64,000 nt of DNA, taken from positions 96,001 to 160,000 of IMG/VR virus record IMGVR_UViG_3300037067_005074, one strand, 5' to 3'. Made by a program: the position numbers and the translations under genes. The notes beneath the pieces were generated by a model that had not been told where the DNA came from, did no database searches, and worked only from the letters and a program-made list of their open reading frames with translations. This DNA comes from a virus. Lineage: Duplodnaviria; Caudoviricetes. Shown here in pieces: positions 60,776-64,000 of the stretch. Every line of letters begins with the position of its first letter. The stretch's first letter is position 1.

Positions 60776-61355
60776 AATATTAATATCATTCATAATCTTA
60801 ATCTTATTAATTTTCATAATTGGTAAATGTAATATGAAAAGAAATGAAATAGATTTATATCCATTATCATCGGAATTAATGAATCAAGATTGGTGTCTTT
60901 ATTCAGATAATGATACTTCTGAATTTAATGATGAATTAATTTATACTTATCAACTTTGTAATAAATACAATCTTGATTTCTTAACAGTATTAGCAATAAG
61001 AGCAACCGAAAGTCAATTCCAGTCAAATATTAAATCATGTGATTATTGGAGTACAGGAAGTAGAGGAACATTTCAACAAACAAGAGATAATATTGATTGC
61101 TATGGATTAGGATATAGTGAGAATGAAATAGCAAAAAATAATTATAAAAGTACAGAAGCAGCTATTAACTATATTGTTCAAATTAATAAAAATATGAAAG
61201 GAGAATATAGAAGAATAATTGCATTTAATACTGGTATTACTGGAGCAATGAATTTAAGTTGGAATGGAGTAGAAAATCATTCATATCTTAATAAAGTATT
61301 AGAATATAAAAGAAAAATTGAAACAATTTATAATAAACTTAATTATGAAAAGTGA
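60759..61355 (+). CDS. Membrane-anchored lytic transglycosylase (SLT-like)
   Basis: TM; LAIRATESQF, GTFQ, AFNTG, Y..KV. Confidence 0.75.
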   Translation: MKKETKILISFIILILLIFIIGKCNMKRNEIDLYPLSSELMNQDWCLYSDNDTSEFNDELIYTYQLCNKYNLDFLTVLAIRATESQFQSNIKSCDYWSTGSRGTFQQTRDNIDCYGLGYSENEIAKNNYKSTEAAINYIVQINKNMKGEYRRIIAFNTGITGAMNLSWNGVENHSYLNKVLEYKRKIETIYNKLNYEK

Positions 61356-61554
61356 ATCATTTAATTTGGATTGGTTTAAAACCAAAAATCCATTAACAGT
61401 AAAATATCTAACAAACAATATTTCAACTGAAGATATTAAGAATATTAATAATGAATTTGATATTGAGTTAGAAAAGTTTAAAATTGATAATCCTAATACT
61501 TATAAATATTTAATGGAATTAGAAAGTAATTCGTTAAATAATGTTAAAAATTAA
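61345..61554 (+). CDS. Hypothetical protein
   Basis: ATG at 61345 overlaps the upstream stop. Confidence 0.5.
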   Translation: MKSESFNLDWFKTKNPLTVKYLTNNISTEDIKNINNEFDIELEKFKIDNPNTYKYLMELESNSLNNVKN

Positions 61555-61638
61555 AAATAAATTAACTTTTATTTTGTAGAATGAAATAATTGTTTTACAT
61601 TTATATTATAATTTAAACAACTAAAAAATATAGAAACT

Positions 61639-61899
61639 ATGGCGGACTTAGTATATATTGTAAAACAATATGAAAATTATCGTAGTAAAGATAATTATGA
61701 ACCTTATAAAAGAGCATTTTTATCTGAAGATGAAGTAAAGAATTTTCTACATTTAAAAAACAAAGAAGAAAATAAAGGTAAAATGTTTGATGTAGCTGAA
61801 AAAGAAATAGATGAAAATCTTTCATTTAGGGAAGATAAACATTATGGTGATTATCATTGGGAAACAGAAACAATCTCATTAATAAAATTTGATTATTAA
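61639..61899 (+). CDS. Hypothetical protein
   Basis: ORF track. Confidence 0.65.
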   Translation: MADLVYIVKQYENYRSKDNYEPYKRAFLSEDEVKNFLHLKNKEENKGKMFDVAEKEIDENLSFREDKHYGDYHWETETISLIKFDY

Positions 61900-61924
61900 C
61901 AAATATAAATTTAATATTAAATCA

Positions 61925-61960
61925 AAAACTCCAAAACTAAATTAATAGAATTGGAGTTTT
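61925..61960. terminator. Bidirectional terminator
   Basis: AAAACTCCAA/TTGGAGTTTT. Confidence 0.65.
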
Positions 61961-61990
61961 CTTTTTGTATGATGATAATAGAAAAATGTT

Positions 61991-62308
61991 TTAAAGTTTA
62001 AAATAATCCCAAAATGAAGTTTCTTTTAATTCATCTTTATTAATTTCATTATAAAGTATAAATAATCCAGTTTTAACGGTATCCATATCAAACTGCAAAT
62101 CTTTAGTATTAGAATTAATAGTATCAATTTTCAAATTCATTTCTGAAGTAATAATAGAAAGACTATCAAATCTTGTTTTTAAATCATCAAATTGTTCGGT
62201 ATTATCTATGTTCTTAATATATTTATTATAAACAAAGACTCCACCAAAATAAACAATTATCAAAATAACAATTCCGGTAATTATATTACCAATAACTTCT
62301 TTAATCAT
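61991..62308 (-). CDS. Membrane-anchored coiled-coil protein
   Basis: N-terminal TM. Confidence 0.65.
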   Translation of the reverse strand: MIKEVIGNIITGIVILIIVYFGGVFVYNKYIKNIDNTEQFDDLKTRFDSLSIITSEMNLKIDTINSNTKDLQFDMDTVKTGLFILYNEINKDELKETSFWDYFKL

Positions 62309-62313
62309 CTTAT

Positions 62314-62562
62314 TTAGTTTTTAATTAATTCCCCTGTTTCGAAATTTACATTACCTTCTCCGTATTCTGTTTTAATCTTTGCAACTATTTCATCTTCTTT
62401 TTTTCTATATTCGAAGAATGTTTTCTTACAATTATGTTCTTGTTCTTCAATCATTAATTTTTGAATAGCAATGGCCCCAAGCATAACGGTTGTATTATTA
62501 TATTCTTCTTGAATCTTTTTTAATTCATTTATGTATGATTCATTGATTTTAATGTTTTCCAT
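62314..62562 (-). CDS. Small coiled-coil phage protein
   Basis: Ends EYGEGNVNFETGE. Confidence 0.7.
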   Translation of the reverse strand: MENIKINESYINELKKIQEEYNNTTVMLGAIAIQKLMIEEQEHNCKKTFFEYRKKEDEIVAKIKTEYGEGNVNFETGELIKN

Positions 62563-62626
62563 TTCTTAATTTATTTTAAATGTTTTTATAATTAAAAATA
62601 TAATTAAAATGAAATGAAATAACAAA

Positions 62627-62929
62627 TTAAAATTTCATATTTATTATTTCCTTTGCAGTTGAAACATATTCATTTGGTTTTATTTCATCTATTATTATAG
62701 ATAAATGATATTCTAAATTTTCAACTTTCTTTTTATCGTTTCTTATATTTAAATCTATTGATATTCCTTCTACTAATTTGTCAAAAGAAATAATTCCTTT
62801 TTTATAATCTTTTAATCCTTTAACTATATAAGATAAATCGACATTTGACGCTTCAATTAATTGTTTTTTAACCTCTGTTTTAACAATTGATTCTATCAAT
62901 GATTTTAAATTGGTTGCTTTTTGTTTCAT
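62627..62929 (-). CDS. Small protein with an 'LKSLIE..VK.E..LIE' leader
   Basis: Leader motif. Confidence 0.65.
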   Translation of the reverse strand: MKQKATNLKSLIESIVKTEVKKQLIEASNVDLSYIVKGLKDYKKGIISFDKLVEGISIDLNIRNDKKKVENLEYHLSIIIDEIKPNEYVSTAKEIINMKF

Positions 62930-62930
62930 A

Positions 62931-63608
62931 TTATCTTTCTAATTTTTTAATTTCTTCTACTGTATATCCGATATTTTTAAGAAACAATCTCGCATCATTT
63001 CTACTCATATTAGTTTCAGACATAATATTTCTTTTTAGAGATTCTTTAGCAAGTTTTTCTTTTTCAATTTGAGAATTATTTAATCTTCGTCTTGCTGGTT
63101 TAGATTCATTTGTATATGATTCAACTTTCGATTGAATGTAATTGTCAATATTTTCATAATCCGATTGATTTTTACATTTATCTATATTTTTATTGATATA
63201 ATTTCTAATTTCTTTTTGTTTATTTTTATTTTTGTCAAACATAAAATCTGTATATTTATCCACTATATTTAATAGTTTGTCTTTATCTATTTCATTTCTA
63301 TGATATTGACCAAAATATTTTAGTAATTGAGATGCTAATTGTACTTCATTTATGGCTTGTTCATTAACTTTAATCTTTTCTTCCCATCCTTCTTTAGTAC
63401 CTTCTCCATTTTTCCAATATTTACCAATATTAGTCCAAAATTCAGATTTTAATTCATCTGTTTTTAAATCTGCTGGAGAACTAATATTGTATTGAGTCAT
63501 CATGTCTTCAAAATATTCTCTAAATGATTTTTGTAGAGGACTTAATTGTGATTCATGTAATAATTTTAATGTTTTGTAGAATTTTGATATTCTTTCTGAA
63601 TTTTTCAT
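62931..63608 (-). CDS. Putative virion/internal protein sharing a domain with 37601
   Basis: LSPLQKSFREYFEDMM..Y..SSPA; ATATTTATA upstream. Confidence 0.65.
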   Translation of the reverse strand: MKNSERISKFYKTLKLLHESQLSPLQKSFREYFEDMMTQYNISSPADLKTDELKSEFWTNIGKYWKNGEGTKEGWEEKIKVNEQAINEVQLASQLLKYFGQYHRNEIDKDKLLNIVDKYTDFMFDKNKNKQKEIRNYINKNIDKCKNQSDYENIDNYIQSKVESYTNESKPARRRLNNSQIEKEKLAKESLKRNIMSETNMSRNDARLFLKNIGYTVEEIKKLER

Positions 63609-63674
63609 ATTAAATATATATTTAGTTTATTTTTAAATATAAATATAAAATATAAAAATTTTTATTAAGAAATA

Positions 63675-63706
63675 TTTGTTTTATAATTTTATTTTGTTTA
63701 TTTTTG
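63675..63706 (+). promoter_or_regulatory. Bacteroidota-type promoter
   Basis: TTTG-N20-TATTTTTG, then TAGAGTAAAA. Confidence 0.8.
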
Positions 63707-63737
63707 TAGAGTAAAAATTAATTTAATATTTGAAGAT

Positions 63738-64000
63738 ATGAAAAAATATAAATTAAATGATATTAGTAATATCAAATTTCAAGTAAATACTCAAAATAAG
63801 CTAAAAAAGATTAAGACTGATTATGATACAAAATGGAGACATTTGCGTGATGTTGAAGTTACATTTAGTAATTATACCAAATTTAATTTTCTTCCTATTT
63901 GGGTAGAAAAGATTATTACAGAATTACCTTATATTTCTAATGAAAAAGAATTTAGAAAAGTAGTAAAAGATATTTGGAAATATTGGACTGTAGAAATTGT
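63738..64000 (+). CDS. 5' part of a hypothetical protein (runs off the window)
   Basis: MKKYKLNDISNIKFQ... open to the end of the window. Confidence 0.6.
   Translation, partial: MKKYKLNDISNIKFQVNTQNKLKKIKTDYDTKWRHLRDVEVTFSNYTKFNFLPIWVEKIITELPYISNEKEFRKVVKDIWKYWTVEI

Noticed and set aside
244-63072. Short overlapping or antisense ORFs (244, 1468, 2168, 5910, 6394, 13589, 17026, 17432, 24806, 30020, 35046, 39956, 43559, 44383, 44493, 49845, 54173, 57896, 59784, 61637, 62887)
   Set aside because: They overlap better-supported genes and have shadow-frame composition.
1-64000. Stop-codon reassignment
   Set aside because: Long genes are intact in code 11, and the breaks are frameshifts or inserts rather than in-frame TAG/TGA.

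Overview
Very AT-rich (roughly 20% GC by eye), densely coding 64 kb segment that reads as part of a large tailed-phage (jumbo-like) genome. The host is probably in the Bacteroidota: at least 12 intergenic TTTG-N19/20-TAnnTTTG promoters are present, plus a VirE-N/BT4734-like primase and DUF1599. A second motif, ATATTTAT(A/T), precedes structural genes and nucleases. Cargo includes lysis and wall enzymes (M15, GH24-like, M23, SLT-like), a SNF2 helicase, a primase-SF2 helicase fusion, a MoxR/VWA pair, an adenine methyltransferase, two nucleotidyltransferases, a 10-gene glycosylation island with a likely UDP-L-RhaNAc/L-QuiNAc pathway, and an operon of radical SAM, kinase, GT4, RNA ligase and GGDEF genes. 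Mobile nucleases are three TnpB-like genes without an intact transposase and one GIY-YIG. Most notable: (1) an integron-like cassette array at about 41.6-44.0 kb, built from covarying TAAC...GTTA hairpins with embedded promoters and cassettes whose two ends are complementary, with no integrase in the window; (2) two genes (dnaJ and radical SAM) split by nuclease inserts that lack ribozyme sequence, each with a 'codon+stop ... same codon' junction and a 5-nt direct repeat; (3) a 76-bp three-box module repeated either side of the glycosylation region. Several homopolymer frameshifts may be assembly errors. All family calls come from motif recognition by eye; no database searches were run.
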